Of a stretch of DNA of 64,000 nucleotides, positions 40,906-51,569 are shown one piece after another (the first letter of the stretch is position 1; each line of letters starts with the position of its first letter). The notes under the pieces were generated by a model. That model ran no database searches, was not told where the DNA came from, and saw only the letters and a program-made list of their open reading frames with translations. The DNA is from a virus, in IMG/VR virus record IMGVR_UViG_3300031920_000193; one strand, 5' to 3'. The translations under genes and the position numbers were made by a program.

Positions 40906-41436
40906 ATGAAAAATATATCAGAATTAAGAACGACATTAAAATTTAACCCACAAGAGATAAATTCTCAGGTAGGATATTTTGCTGAAAAGATTAAAATTGA
41001 TTTTGATGTGTTTTTACCAACTAAGAACATGAATTTACAACGTGATTTTGTTTGGACTATTGATCAGAAGAGAGAATTAATATGGTCAATATTAATGAAT
41101 AGAAATATTCCACGAATGGCTATGATGAATGTTATAACAGATATATCTGATACTAATGGTACGTATCAAGTAATTGATGGTAAACAAAGATTATCATCTA
41201 TGATCGATTTTTATAATAATAAATATACACTATTAATCGATAGTAAAGAATATCTATACAAAGAACTTCCTAAAGATTATCAAGATGTAATTCGGGGATA
41301 TCATTTTCCATACTACATAGTTAATGAAGATTATGGAAATACTTATTCAGATCAAGATAAAATAGATTGGTTTATGTATATAAACTTTGCCGGAACACCA
41401 CAAGATAAATCACATTTCGATAAATTAAGTTTATAA
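40906..41436 (+). CDS. DUF262 (GmrSD N-terminal, ParB-like) domain protein
   Basis: LQRDFVWTIDQKRELIWSIL...YQVIDGKQRLSS. Confidence 0.88.
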   Translation: MKNISELRTTLKFNPQEINSQVGYFAEKIKIDFDVFLPTKNMNLQRDFVWTIDQKRELIWSILMNRNIPRMAMMNVITDISDTNGTYQVIDGKQRLSSMIDFYNNKYTLLIDSKEYLYKELPKDYQDVIRGYHFPYYIVNEDYGNTYSDQDKIDWFMYINFAGTPQDKSHFDKLSL

Positions 41437-41445
41437 TTGTAGTAA

Positions 41446-41943
41446 ATGTATCAAGATTTAACAATAAAAAGTAGGATAGAAATGCTTCCAAGTTGTGGAA
41501 GTATTAAAGCACATCAATTAGCTATTGATGAAGATGGTGTATTAAGACAATTCGGGTTTGATATGAAAGATGAACATCCGGATATTCCTCAACATCTTTA
41601 TTTCACTGATGATGAAGCAACGATAAGGGATGGTGATTATTGGATTAACTTAGATGATAATTCAATTAATACAGAAGGTGGACTTAGTAAATTAGCAAAT
41701 GATGCACCAAGTTGTATTAAAATCGTAGCCTCAACAAATCCAGAATTAAACCTCCCTCAACCATCCCCGGATTTTATCATGAATTATATACTAATGTATA
41801 ATAAAGGGGAAAAGATTGAGTATTGTATGGTATTAATAGATAATAGATTAACCTTAGAAATGGAAAAGGGAATCGATGCCCCGGTAAACCCTAATTTTAA
41901 TAAACCTATGGTGAATAAAAACAATCACATCAGGGAAACATGA
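41446..41943 (+). CDS. hypothetical protein
   Basis: ORF in + block. Confidence 0.7.
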   Translation: MYQDLTIKSRIEMLPSCGSIKAHQLAIDEDGVLRQFGFDMKDEHPDIPQHLYFTDDEATIRDGDYWINLDDNSINTEGGLSKLANDAPSCIKIVASTNPELNLPQPSPDFIMNYILMYNKGEKIEYCMVLIDNRLTLEMEKGIDAPVNPNFNKPMVNKNNHIRET

Positions 41944-42000
41944 TAATAAAACAAGAATAAATATGGGTTTAGAACCTATTCCTTATAAACACTAAAGATT

Positions 42001-42504
42001 ATGGAAGATTTTATCGGATTTAATGAAGATGATACAATATTTGAATTCAATAACGATATTGATGGTTTAAGAGATAATGCATTAAGAATTGTTAAAAATG
42101 TTCATATGCCTAAAGTAAATTCTCTAATAATTAACAAGAACTGTGAATTAATTAAAACACATTTTAAAGATTATATTAAATTTGTAAAAGAACGAGAATA
42201 TAATTTTAATGGTTCAAAGTATACATTTCCTGTTATTGTGGTATATAATATCACAGAAAAAACATTAATGAATCCAAATACTATATCTGATTTAGATGAT
42301 GAAAATGAATCAGATAATCGTAAATATTATCATTTAATGAATTTTTCTGGCATTGATCAACAAACATTTTTATTTAATAATCAAGGAGCAGATACAGATG
42401 ATCCTGTTTATTATTTTCCTGATTCAATGTCAGGTTTTTCATGTGAAAAATGTAATAATAAAAAATTACATGATGATGTTGGTCATATAATTGAATTAGA
42501 TTAA
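42001..42504 (+). CDS. hypothetical protein
   Basis: ORF in + block. Confidence 0.7.
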   Translation: MEDFIGFNEDDTIFEFNNDIDGLRDNALRIVKNVHMPKVNSLIINKNCELIKTHFKDYIKFVKEREYNFNGSKYTFPVIVVYNITEKTLMNPNTISDLDDENESDNRKYYHLMNFSGIDQQTFLFNNQGADTDDPVYYFPDSMSGFSCEKCNNKKLHDDVGHIIELD

Positions 42505-42510
42505 ATAATT

Positions 42511-42711
42511 ATGAATATAAGAGATGAGAAATTTATTAAAGAAATAGGTAGTAAACCAATTAAAAAGGTTTACTTATTAAATATCTGTGAAGATATAATG
42601 ATATGTGATTGTTGTGATGAAGAAAAAGAATTAGCAAGTATCGTCCCTTTATGTGGTGATATTATGTGTATCTGTAAAGAATGTCTTCAATTAATAATAA
42701 ACGAATTTTAA
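42511..42711 (+). CDS. small Zn-binding protein
   Basis: CDCC...CICKEC. Confidence 0.6.
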   Translation: MNIRDEKFIKEIGSKPIKKVYLLNICEDIMICDCCDEEKELASIVPLCGDIMCICKECLQLIINEF

Positions 42712-43097
42712 TAATTATGGATGATAATATAAGAGATATAATGACCAGTGCTATTTTAAAACATCAAGATAGTGGTGAAACTAGTATTAACCGGGAAGCA
42801 AGATTAATTAATGATACATTAATTGATAATGGGTATGAGATTATTAAAAAAGATGATTTTATGATTGTGGCTGGATTAGAAGAAACCGGGCATGGTTGTC
42901 CTACTGTGTTTGAATGGAAAGATAAAAAAGGTGATGATATCTATTTTAGATTAAGAAATAGTCATGCAAGAATAACCAATGAAACCAAAGACATTGAAAT
43001 CATATCAGAAGATTTTCCATATGGGGACGGTGTGTGTAATTGGAATGAGGTTGTAAAATGGGCAGCAGAAAATAATTTAGAATTAAAAACAGAATAA
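42681..43097 (+). CDS. hypothetical protein
   Basis: ORF in + block. Confidence 0.65.
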   Translation: MSSINNKRILIIMDDNIRDIMTSAILKHQDSGETSINREARLINDTLIDNGYEIIKKDDFMIVAGLEETGHGCPTVFEWKDKKGDDIYFRLRNSHARITNETKDIEIISEDFPYGDGVCNWNEVVKWAAENNLELKTE

Positions 43098-43101
43098 AAT
43101 C

Positions 43102-43320
43102 ATGGCAAAAGAACATATCAATAAGAAAGTTAACGATTTAGAAACACAAATTGCTAAATTACATTGTGGTTTAACCTATGAAGAAATATTAAAAGTAGCA
43201 TTATTCACAGCTAATGAGGTTCATGATTCAATTAAGCATGAAGACAATAGAATGTATTATGAAATAAATCATTGGGAAGAGGTTATTGCTGAAATAAATA
43301 AAAGAATTAAATTACAATAA
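43102..43320 (+). CDS. hypothetical protein
   Basis: last ORF of + block. Confidence 0.65.
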   Translation: MAKEHINKKVNDLETQIAKLHCGLTYEEILKVALFTANEVHDSIKHEDNRMYYEINHWEEVIAEINKRIKLQ

Positions 43321-43354
43321 AATGGGACTAAGAATATTCTTTTATGTGCCATGT

Positions 43355-43696
43355 CTATATATATCCAACTACTAATGTAGCATACTCCATATAGGTAATT
43401 TTACTTGGACGATAAACCAAAGAAACAAATTTATAATTCTTGTTTTTTTTGAGTATTTTTTCCATTTGTGTTTCTATGGGTTTAGTTGGCTCACCAACAC
43501 ATACAGAATCTTTCATGGTAAGGGATTCCCCACCAATCATATAACTCAGTTCAATTATTTTTGTTTTATAACTATCTAAGATAAATTGTGCCCCGGCTAA
43601 AAATGCCATTTTTTCAATTGCCATTTTATTAGCACTATTCTTAACATATTTATCTGCTGCTTTATTTAATTTTTTATTCATAATAACATGATTCAT
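43355..43696 (-). CDS. hypothetical protein
   Basis: ORF in - block. Confidence 0.65.
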   Translation of the reverse strand: MNHVIMNKKLNKAADKYVKNSANKMAIEKMAFLAGAQFILDSYKTKIIELSYMIGGESLTMKDSVCVGEPTKPIETQMEKILKKNKNYKFVSLVYRPSKITYMEYATLVVGYI

Positions 43697-43721
43697 GATA
43701 ACATGTGTTTGTTTATGTTAT

Positions 43722-43749
43722 TATATGATAATATACCCGGAAGGTTACA
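43722..43749 (-). promoter_or_regulatory. phage promoter variant TGTAAC-N16-CATATA
   Basis: one mismatch; correct spacing. Confidence 0.55.
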
Positions 43750-43750
43750 A

Positions 43751-43936
43751 CTAAAGAGATTTAATGTTATATATTACCATTAACACACATATAAAGATAA
43801 ATAATATTATAACCAGTAAAGTAATATTATTTATAGTCACAGGATACCCACCAAGTCTAGTGTAAACTTCTTCCACTTCCCAATCAGTGATTTTCTTTAC
43901 TATTTTTTTATAATATTTTCTAATTTTCATAACCAC
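43751..43936 (-). CDS. small membrane protein
   Basis: C-terminal TM helix. Confidence 0.55.
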   Translation of the reverse strand: MVMKIRKYYKKIVKKITDWEVEEVYTRLGGYPVTINNITLLVIILFIFICVLMVIYNIKSL

Positions 43937-43953
43937 ATATATTATTTAATCTA

Positions 43954-45141
43954 TTAAAATGAAAATAATTTTTTTAACATTAGGGGTTCGATATCTTGAA
44001 ACCTAGCTGCGGATATTGTTTGTTGTTGAATACCAAACTTTAACATACCACCACAACAAAGTTGACCAAATTCATATATTGCTTTTATCTGTTCTTTGGT
44101 TAATGGTATATTTTCTATATCCAATCTTTCATTATAATATCCATCGAACAATATCCAATCTTTATGTTGACGAACCCAACCATTTGAAGCTAACCAACCA
44201 TCAGGGTTACCCTCATTCTTTTTATTATTAGGAATGATTTTAGCATCATACAATGCACTTGCAATATTATTATGAAGCATGTTAGCAATCTCACCGTTGA
44301 GACCATAATATGTACCATCAGGTGCTAACCACCCTGCATTATAATCATCTAAGATACTTACCGCTTGAATACCATCGGACAACTTTTGATCGATATCACG
44401 AGCAGCTTCTAAATAGTTTGCAAGTTGGTCGTCTTCTTTTTTAACCTCTTCAATTATTGTGTCAAAATCTTGATTAAGAAGTTGTGTAAATGAATATTGA
44501 ACATCTTTAACAATTACCCATTTATCAGTCGATAGATATTCTTTATATTCAGGATACCATTGTTTAAGTACATCAAAAATAGAATGTAATTTCATTGTTT
44601 TTTCAAGATAATTTTTAACCAAAACAATCAGGTCAAAGATTTCTTCAATGTTTTTTTGCTCACGAAGATATTCTATAAGTGGATCATTATTTCCACCAAT
44701 AAAACTAAAGATTTCTTTATATGGTATAGTTAAGCTAACACCACCAAAATTTCTTATATTAATAGCAATATCATTTTCCATTCGTTTTAATGCAGCATTA
44801 AGAGAAGAACCAACTCTATTAATTTCAAGATATTTTTCTTTACACCAAGAAGGGATATTAAAATTTTTAATTAAAAACTGTTCATAACCATCTGTGTTTT
44901 CAACTTCACCTACTGGTTCAATATTACATACTTGTGATTCTTCATCAACTGTGATTAACATATCACCTTTAATAACTGCTTTAGCTAAATTTACTGGACA
45001 ACCGTGTAAAGATTCTGTTATAACAGCCAATGCCTTTTGGGGATTGAGATTGTAAAACATATGTTCATGAGCAATTTCCATCAATCTGATTCCTAAATCA
45101 CTACCAATACTAAAATGTAATACATCTGATTCTTTTTCCAT
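43954..45141 (-). CDS. hypothetical protein (~395 aa)
   Basis: start moved to ATG 45141 because the promoter at 45172-45199 lies within the ORF-track extension; contains NAGWLAPDGTYY motif. Confidence 0.8.
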   Translation of the reverse strand: MEKESDVLHFSIGSDLGIRLMEIAHEHMFYNLNPQKALAVITESLHGCPVNLAKAVIKGDMLITVDEESQVCNIEPVGEVENTDGYEQFLIKNFNIPSWCKEKYLEINRVGSSLNAALKRMENDIAINIRNFGGVSLTIPYKEIFSFIGGNNDPLIEYLREQKNIEEIFDLIVLVKNYLEKTMKLHSIFDVLKQWYPEYKEYLSTDKWVIVKDVQYSFTQLLNQDFDTIIEEVKKEDDQLANYLEAARDIDQKLSDGIQAVSILDDYNAGWLAPDGTYYGLNGEIANMLHNNIASALYDAKIIPNNKKNEGNPDGWLASNGWVRQHKDWILFDGYYNERLDIENIPLTKEQIKAIYEFGQLCCGGMLKFGIQQQTISAARFQDIEPLMLKKLFSF

Positions 45142-45171
45142 GATATTATTTATATTTGGTTTATATACTAA

Positions 45172-45199
45172 TATACGATAATAAACCAATTAGGTTACA
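45172..45199 (-). promoter_or_regulatory. phage promoter TGTAAC-N16-CGTATA
   Basis: exact consensus. Confidence 0.75.
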
Positions 45200-45407
45200 C
45201 TATTAAGAACCTTTATAGCAATGTTTACAATATGGGTTATCGAATGAATCTGGTGATAATACGTATTCATGTTTACCGTCTGGACTTTTCAAACAATCAT
45301 CAGCATTTGCTTGTTGTAGAGTTTCTTTCATTTCATTATATAATTCTTCACTAATAACCGAATCATCGAATGGTCCTGCTGTTAAAATAAATACCTTTCT
45401 TAGTGTG

Positions 45408-45677
45408 TTATATAGTTTTGTGTTTATTTCGTTTATCGTTGCTTTCCAAATATTCTATATATAATTCTTTTATGGTGAGTCTTATATAACTATTAGGGTC
45501 TTCGCTATTATCATATTCCATATCTGCTGCTTCGTACCATCCCTCATCTTCAATCCATTTATGAAACTCGTGGTATTCTGAAAAAGGCAACGAACCGCTA
45601 ACATTATATAAACCCATTTCTAGTTCGTAGGCTTGTACTGTCGCTTGTGCTATTAAATATTGTCCTTGTCCTATCAT
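45408..45677 (-). CDS. hypothetical protein
   Basis: ORF in - block. Confidence 0.6.
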   Translation of the reverse strand: MIGQGQYLIAQATVQAYELEMGLYNVSGSLPFSEYHEFHKWIEDEGWYEAADMEYDNSEDPNSYIRLTIKELYIEYLESNDKRNKHKTI

Positions 45678-45867
45678 ATTTAGTATATTTATTTATAAAT
45701 AAATACTAAAAATTGTTAGTAACGATCTAAGTTTTTCCTTTTTAAATATGTCCAAAAGTGTTATCAAAATCACAATTAGAACAAAATTCACCATTATACA
45801 GAGGTGTTGTTGCTTGACAATTTGGACATATTGGTTGAGTATCTGCTATAATTTTCATAATCACATA

Positions 45868-46071
45868 TTAAAATCTCATTCCAGTAACACCAACTTGTTT
45901 AGATAGCTTTCTTAATCTCCATAGATTATATTTACTACGAATAAACCTTCTGATTCCCTTTAACTCAGAAACAGGTTTTCTTCTTCTCTTACCCCTATCT
46001 ACATTAATTGAATCTAATTTATCTTCAGGGTGTTTATAATCTAATATGCTCTTTAATAGTTTTTTATCCAT
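45868..46071 (-). CDS. small basic protein
   Basis: Arg/Lys-rich. Confidence 0.6.
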   Translation of the reverse strand: MDKKLLKSILDYKHPEDKLDSINVDRGKRRRKPVSELKGIRRFIRSKYNLWRLRKLSKQVGVTGMRF

Positions 46072-46429
46072 GATTACTTAGTGTTAATTATAATGGTAAA
46101 TCGTCATCAGTAAAAATATGTTTTGGTGGAAATATTAATTCCCATACCCATATTGTTGGTCTTATTACAATAAGTCCAATAACCCATATAACTGGTAGGG
46201 CAGCTAAAACCCCACATGCTAATACTACTATCCAGAAAATGAAATTTGCAAATACTTCCATACTATTTATTTTTAATTAAAATTTTCAAACTCTAATCCC
46301 AAGTGTAATAATCTCCTTTTGGCAACCACCTAAATTTCTTACCACAATCTTTACACTTAATTCTAAACCACCAATGTTTTATTTTTATAAATTCCGTATG
46401 CTTACATTTCTTTATTTCCGGCATATCTA

Positions 46430-46693
46430 TTACATTTTATCTAATTTCTTTTCAATATTAGCTAAGTCTTTTGATATTGATTTAAGATTGTTAAACCAAG
46501 AACACCACATAAGTACAGTATAATTACCATCCCATCCATCCTCATTTGAATGACAATCAACACTTTCAACCTCAAAGTTTATCATACCGTATTTTAATAT
46601 AGCACCAACAACAGCATCAAGATACAGTTTGTTCTTACACGTTACTTCAAGTTCCCAACTTTGAGCGTTGGATTTTTCGTCTGTCTTTATCAT
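46430..46693 (-). CDS. hypothetical protein
   Basis: ORF in - block. Confidence 0.65.
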   Translation of the reverse strand: MIKTDEKSNAQSWELEVTCKNKLYLDAVVGAILKYGMINFEVESVDCHSNEDGWDGNYTVLMWCSWFNNLKSISKDLANIEKKLDKM

Positions 46694-46704
46694 AATATTT
46701 TAAA

Positions 46705-47001
46705 TTAAGAACTTAATAGGTTTGCAGATTGCATTTCTAAATGTTCAATCCACTTTTTAGTCTTTGCAGCAACTTCAATAATCATTTTTTCCGGAATATC
46801 AATTTCAACTTCCATACTATTAAATCTTATCCCAAGAAATGAATATTCTACCTTTTTTTTAATCACCACCTTTGGCTTGTTTGATCTTTGTGTTGCTACA
46901 TCTTGTAACATAGAGAAAAATCTACTAAGTTCTTGAATTTCCTTTTCAATCTCCTTAATTTTTTCTATCTTTTCTGTTCTACTTAAGTTGTTGTCTTCCA
47001 T
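46705..47001 (-). CDS. hypothetical protein
   Basis: ORF in - block. Confidence 0.65.
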   Translation of the reverse strand: MEDNNLSRTEKIEKIKEIEKEIQELSRFFSMLQDVATQRSNKPKVVIKKKVEYSFLGIRFNSMEVEIDIPEKMIIEVAAKTKKWIEHLEMQSANLLSS

Positions 47002-47090
47002 AGTTATTTCATTATTTAAATATATTAATAAGTGTTCCGATTAAAAAACAGAGACTACCGATAACATAAAATATGTTGGCTAAATTATTT

Positions 47091-47465
47091 TTAATTATCT
47101 CGATCATCTTTATCTTTCTTTAATAATTCCATTATCTCTCTTGTTAAAGAACCTGCTGTTTTAGTTCCATCTATGTTCCATTTGATAATAAGTGTTTCAA
47201 TTTCGGAATACGATTCTTTATCGTTTTTATTTATATTCATCACAAGATGATTTAATTCAAGGTCTTCATTAACCGGATCACATTCACAGAAATTATTCAC
47301 AGCACATGAACTACATCCACATTCAGGTTTAGTCACTTGTTCGTAAGCTTCTTCTTCAATTAATTTTTTAATTCTATGTTCCGGGATAAAGTAAGTAACT
47401 TCTTTACCTTCATCACCTATGAATACACATTCAATTCCGTCTGTTTTATTTAATTTATGTTTCAT
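47091..47465 (-). CDS. hypothetical protein with Cys cluster
   Basis: ECGCSSCAVNNFCEC. Confidence 0.65.
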   Translation of the reverse strand: MKHKLNKTDGIECVFIGDEGKEVTYFIPEHRIKKLIEEEAYEQVTKPECGCSSCAVNNFCECDPVNEDLELNHLVMNINKNDKESYSEIETLIIKWNIDGTKTAGSLTREIMELLKKDKDDRDN

Positions 47466-47467
47466 GA

Positions 47468-47698
47468 TCAGTTATTTTTATTCATTACTAACACATATTC
47501 CACAGTAAGTTGTTCTTTTCTTAATGGACATTTTTCTGGTATCTTACCATCTCTACTATTACTTTGTGTTATAATCATATTATCGAAAGCACCCTTACTT
47601 TCCCAATACGGATGATTACATTCCATTCCATCCATTGGTGGTGAAGCAAAAAATGGACAGCTATGATAACACTTTGTTATTTTATTTTTTTTATTCAT
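47468..47698 (-). CDS. small Cys-rich protein
   Basis: CYHSCPF...CNHP...CPL. Confidence 0.65.
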   Translation of the reverse strand: MNKKNKITKCYHSCPFFASPPMDGMECNHPYWESKGAFDNMIITQSNSRDGKIPEKCPLRKEQLTVEYVLVMNKNN

Positions 47699-48204
47699 AA
47701 TGATATTCCATATTATTTTAATATATGATATATTACATATAGAACAAAAGTATGTAATATTTTGTTCGTATCCAAATACAAATTAATCGTTATGATTATT
47801 CTGACACATTTGTTCTATACAATCAGGACAAATATAATCGTTTTCATTATCGATCATATGTAGTTCACATGTTCCTTGAGTATCTTCTATAATATCTTCA
47901 ATATTGTTTTCCATGATATTTTTAATTAATAAGGATAAAAAAATATAACACAAATTATCAGTACCAATAACATTAAGATACCAAATATTATCGGTAACCT
48001 TATTTCTCTATCTGACCAAAACTGTAATATACGTTTCATGATTTTTAATTAAGATATTATTAATTTCTCCAAAACCAATTACCTTTTATATATGTTCTAC
48101 CTTCCGGGTAAAATTCTTTCTTATTGAAAGCAATCCACCATAATTCAAGTTTCCATATATAAAATCTTCTTTGTGTAACTATTACTTCAAACATAATATG
48201 TAAT

Positions 48205-48832
48205 TTATATCTTTAATTGTTTCACTATAAACTCTTCATGCTTTTTATTATTATCTAATAGAGCAAAATTAATGTCTTTTATTCTGGCATAGTCATCATT
48301 CGTATCTATAGGGGTATTAAAAGGTACGTCTTTAAAATCAGAATAAACAATGGTATGTTTTAAATTATGCTCACTAATTAAATGATCATATTTACCACCA
48401 TAACTTGCTGTTAAAACCAAATTATCTGGTATCTCATTTATTCTATTTACCCAATAGTTAATACTCTTTGTAAATGCCCAAAATTCAATATCCGGGTTAG
48501 TCTTACAAATATCTAACCACATATCAAAATACTTTTGATTAAAAAAATCACCACTTGCATGTATTCTAACTGCTTTACACTTATTAGGTATTTCAGGTAT
48601 CTTACCTTCCTTAACATAATCAAAATTTCTCCATCGATGTTCCCTTACTGCAGGAAATCTCTCACTACTGGCAGCATAACACCTATATTTTGTGCTTAGA
48701 TTACTTACCAGTTTTCCTATCAACACATACCTTACATTCAACCGCAAATGGACATGCATGACCACTAGGTAAATTCCATTCATACACAATTGTACTGTAG
48801 TATGTTTTTTTTCTTATAAATTTATGTTCCAT
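48205..48832 (-). pseudogene. GP88-like Cys-cluster (radical-SAM-like) protein, frameshifted near 48703
   Basis: frame A 48832-48701 MEHK...WNLPSGHACPFAVEC...KTGK*; frame B continues NLSTKYRCYAASSERFP...RIHASGDFF...FWAFTKS. Confidence 0.8.
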
Positions 48833-48926
48833 AATTAATATCTTCAAATAATTACCGGACTTTGCCGGGTAAAATTGTTATTCTATTACTAATTAATACT
48901 TTATCCATCTGGAAACTATCCGGAAA

Positions 48927-49214
48927 TTACAGGATAACCTTACATTTTGGTTTATCATTTATAAATGTTAAAGATATTCCACATGGTCTATCTAAAAAAT
49001 ATCCAGCAATATCATTTCTAACTTCATAAGATATTTTCTTTTTTTCTTTAAATGTTTTAGTAGTCATTTCACCACCTGTTACACATCTTAAAAATCTTTC
49101 TTTACCATTTTCATCTTTTGTTAAAACACCATGAGCAGTATAAGTCCATTCGATTGTGTCACCATCTTTAATTACATTCCCATAGTCATCTTTAAGTCCA
49201 GTATCTTTTTTCAT
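48927..49214 (-). CDS. hypothetical protein (YopX-like start DTGLKDDYG...GD)
   Basis: TGLKD.YG..IK.GD pattern only. Confidence 0.55.
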   Translation of the reverse strand: MKKDTGLKDDYGNVIKDGDTIEWTYTAHGVLTKDENGKERFLRCVTGGEMTTKTFKEKKKISYEVRNDIAGYFLDRPCGISLTFINDKPKCKVIL

Positions 49215-49219
49215 ATCTA

Positions 49220-49405
49220 TTATTTATTTTTTACTTCATTCTCCTTTACATAAACACTCATTCTCCTACATAAACATTCATTAATTGATAAACGAATATC
49301 AGAATCTGTTCTATCTTCAAGTTTCAATTCGTTACTTAAACGTTCAATTAAACCTCTAAGTAAAATTAATTCGTTTGCCGAAAGTAATTCTTTTTCTAAA
49401 TTCAT
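49220..49405 (-). CDS. hypothetical protein
   Basis: ORF in - block. Confidence 0.55.
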   Translation of the reverse strand: MNLEKELLSANELILLRGLIERLSNELKLEDRTDSDIRLSINECLCRRMSVYVKENEVKNK

Positions 49406-49470
49406 ATTATTATTTTAAATTATTTATCTGTTACTTAATTTTACCAATCTCAAAGATGTAAGTATAATAA

Positions 49471-49737
49471 TTATGCTTCATTTAGAAGTAACCATATATC
49501 TTCATCAACGTAACAATCTTCTTTACCACTTATTTTATTGTATTTCTCGACATATTCTTTTGCTTTTTCAATACTCACACAAGCAACGTCTTCATCTACA
49601 TTATCATGCCATCGTACCATTCCAAAAGTACGTAAAGCATTAGATAATTTAAAAATATCTTCGATAAATTTATCTTCATTTTCAATATCAATACCGTAGT
49701 CTTTTATTATTTTTGCTATTTTATCTTTCATATACAT
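49471..49737 (-). CDS. hypothetical protein
   Basis: ORF in - block. Confidence 0.65.
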   Translation of the reverse strand: MYMKDKIAKIIKDYGIDIENEDKFIEDIFKLSNALRTFGMVRWHDNVDEDVACVSIEKAKEYVEKYNKISGKEDCYVDEDIWLLLNEA

Positions 49738-49799
49738 ATTTATTTATTTTAAATCATCTATCTATTACTTAAGTTTGTTATGTGTTTATACAATCATTT

Positions 49800-50075
49800 T
49801 TATTTTAATTTAAAAGTTGGTAAATCACTACCTTGATGTCTTTTGTCATACTCAAACAAATTAAAATGTCTTTCGTTTAATGTTATTATTTCTAAAGGTA
49901 ATTCAGGATATTCATTATCTTTTTCAATAATATCACTCATTAATATTCCAATTAAAACAACATCACCTACTTGTTTTTTTTCATTATTAAAATATGTTTT
50001 CAATTTTAAGTTTTGTAATACTTCCTCTGTTAATGGTTGATTTCCATTTAATTGTTTTTCAAATAATTTTCTCAT
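49800..50075 (-). CDS. hypothetical protein
   Basis: ORF in - block. Confidence 0.65.
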   Translation of the reverse strand: MRKLFEKQLNGNQPLTEEVLQNLKLKTYFNNEKKQVGDVVLIGILMSDIIEKDNEYPELPLEIITLNERHFNLFEYDKRHQGSDLPTFKLK

Positions 50076-50097
50076 GGTTATTTATTTTTTAATAGTT

Positions 50098-50382
50098 TTA
50101 ATCTAATATAGTGAATTTAGAATTTGATAAACCACCCCAAATATCATCAGACTTTTTATCTTTATAATATTCATTAGATTTTTCACCTTCAGATATTAAA
50201 AAGTTACCTAACATTATTAATCTTTCAGGTGTCATTCTAATTTTCATTTCACCCATTTGATGACCTATCATACTACCGTTAATTTTTAATACAGGTATAT
50301 TATCTACATCTTTTTCAATATTCAATTTTTCAACGGAAATATTAAAACCACCATTACCTAAATTAATATAAATTTTACTCAT
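50098..50382 (-). CDS. hypothetical protein
   Basis: ORF in - block. Confidence 0.65.
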   Translation of the reverse strand: MSKIYINLGNGGFNISVEKLNIEKDVDNIPVLKINGSMIGHQMGEMKIRMTPERLIMLGNFLISEGEKSNEYYKDKKSDDIWGGLSNSKFTILD

Positions 50383-50394
50383 TTTGTTATGTTT

Positions 50395-50688
50395 TTATTC
50401 TTTCATATATTTTACAATCCATTTATCATAAGTAAGTGAATTTTCGTTTAGATATTTCTTTGCTATAACACTATTATATTTTCTATTTTCCTCCATAAGA
50501 TTACCATCACGAAACATTTCACCTGTTTTAACCATATTCCATTCTAAACCATCATCCCATTCGACTATTAACATTTGTGACATCACATCTTTTAAATGTT
50601 CATGTGATGTTGTTTCACTTTGCATCTCTATAAAAGCATCAGTTACTTGTTTCATATATGCTTCATATTCTTTTTGGTATTCTTTCAT
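50395..50688 (-). CDS. hypothetical protein
   Basis: ORF in - block. Confidence 0.65.
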   Translation of the reverse strand: MKEYQKEYEAYMKQVTDAFIEMQSETTSHEHLKDVMSQMLIVEWDDGLEWNMVKTGEMFRDGNLMEENRKYNSVIAKKYLNENSLTYDKWIVKYMKE

Positions 50689-50978
50689 ATAATATAAAAT
50701 TTTCTTTCTTTAAATTTCCAATCATGTGTTTCAATTTCATCATATAAAAAGTGATCAAAATGTCTTTCGTTAGGATATTGATATTTTCTTACCATAAATT
50801 TACGATATTCATATACTTCAATATATCTTTCTAACCAAACAATATTTGTTATGTCATTTGTTATGTCTATTTTTTCAGGTAGTAAGGCAAATTTTATTTT
50901 TTCTTTGGTATCACCAATATTAGGTGGTTTTTTACCAATTACTATCTTTTTTACTATCTTATTTACTTTCCATCTCAT
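50685..50978 (-). CDS. hypothetical protein
   Basis: ATGA overlap. Confidence 0.65.
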   Translation of the reverse strand: MRWKVNKIVKKIVIGKKPPNIGDTKEKIKFALLPEKIDITNDITNIVWLERYIEVYEYRKFMVRKYQYPNERHFDHFLYDEIETHDWKFKERKFYII

Positions 50979-51119
50979 AACTATAGAATATATTTATTTT
51001 CAAATACCACGTTTATTACATATATGTATTTATTTTCAATCAAATTGCTTTTTATTTGAAGCTATACATATATTATCAATAAAATTTAATTCCTTTAGTA
51101 ACTCTTCTTTGTTCATAAT

Positions 51120-51368
51120 CTATACGTTTTTAGATTCATCTATTTTTTTTACACATCTTACAAAATGACCTTTACTTATCCTATCATTTATTTGTATATC
51201 ACAAACTCTATCAACATAACCAAATATACTTTTATGATTATATACCTTAATCACTTTACCTATTGGATAATATTTAGAATTCGTTCCAGAATAATCCTTA
51301 TCATTATTTGCTTGTTGGCAGTCGTAAAACTTAACCAAATTACCACTATCAATTGTTTCAATACTCAT
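51120..51368 (-). CDS. hypothetical protein
   Basis: downstream of promoter. Confidence 0.65.
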   Translation of the reverse strand: MSIETIDSGNLVKFYDCQQANNDKDYSGTNSKYYPIGKVIKVYNHKSIFGYVDRVCDIQINDRISKGHFVRCVKKIDESKNV

Positions 51369-51376
51369 AATTATAT

Positions 51377-51405
51377 TATACGTAAGGGGTGTTAGATAGG
51401 TTACA
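51377..51405 (-). promoter_or_regulatory. phage promoter TGTAAC-N17-CGTATA
   Basis: both boxes exact, 17-nt spacer; 21-bp part duplicated at 52198-52218. Confidence 0.65.
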
Positions 51406-51569
51406 AATATATAAATCCAATCTTAATCTTATTTGTAGATATAAAAACATAAAATTCAGTATTAAACCATACTGGAATACTAAATTCAATATTATTATTT
51501 GTTTCCACACAATATAGATATGAAAAAAGAAAACAGAATAATAATACTGCAATTATTTTTGCTATAATC

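Noticed and set aside
45686-45705. 20-bp perfect palindrome TATTTATTTATAAATAAATA
   Set aside because: Made only of A and T in a very AT-rich genome; at most part of a promoter, not supportable as a separate element.
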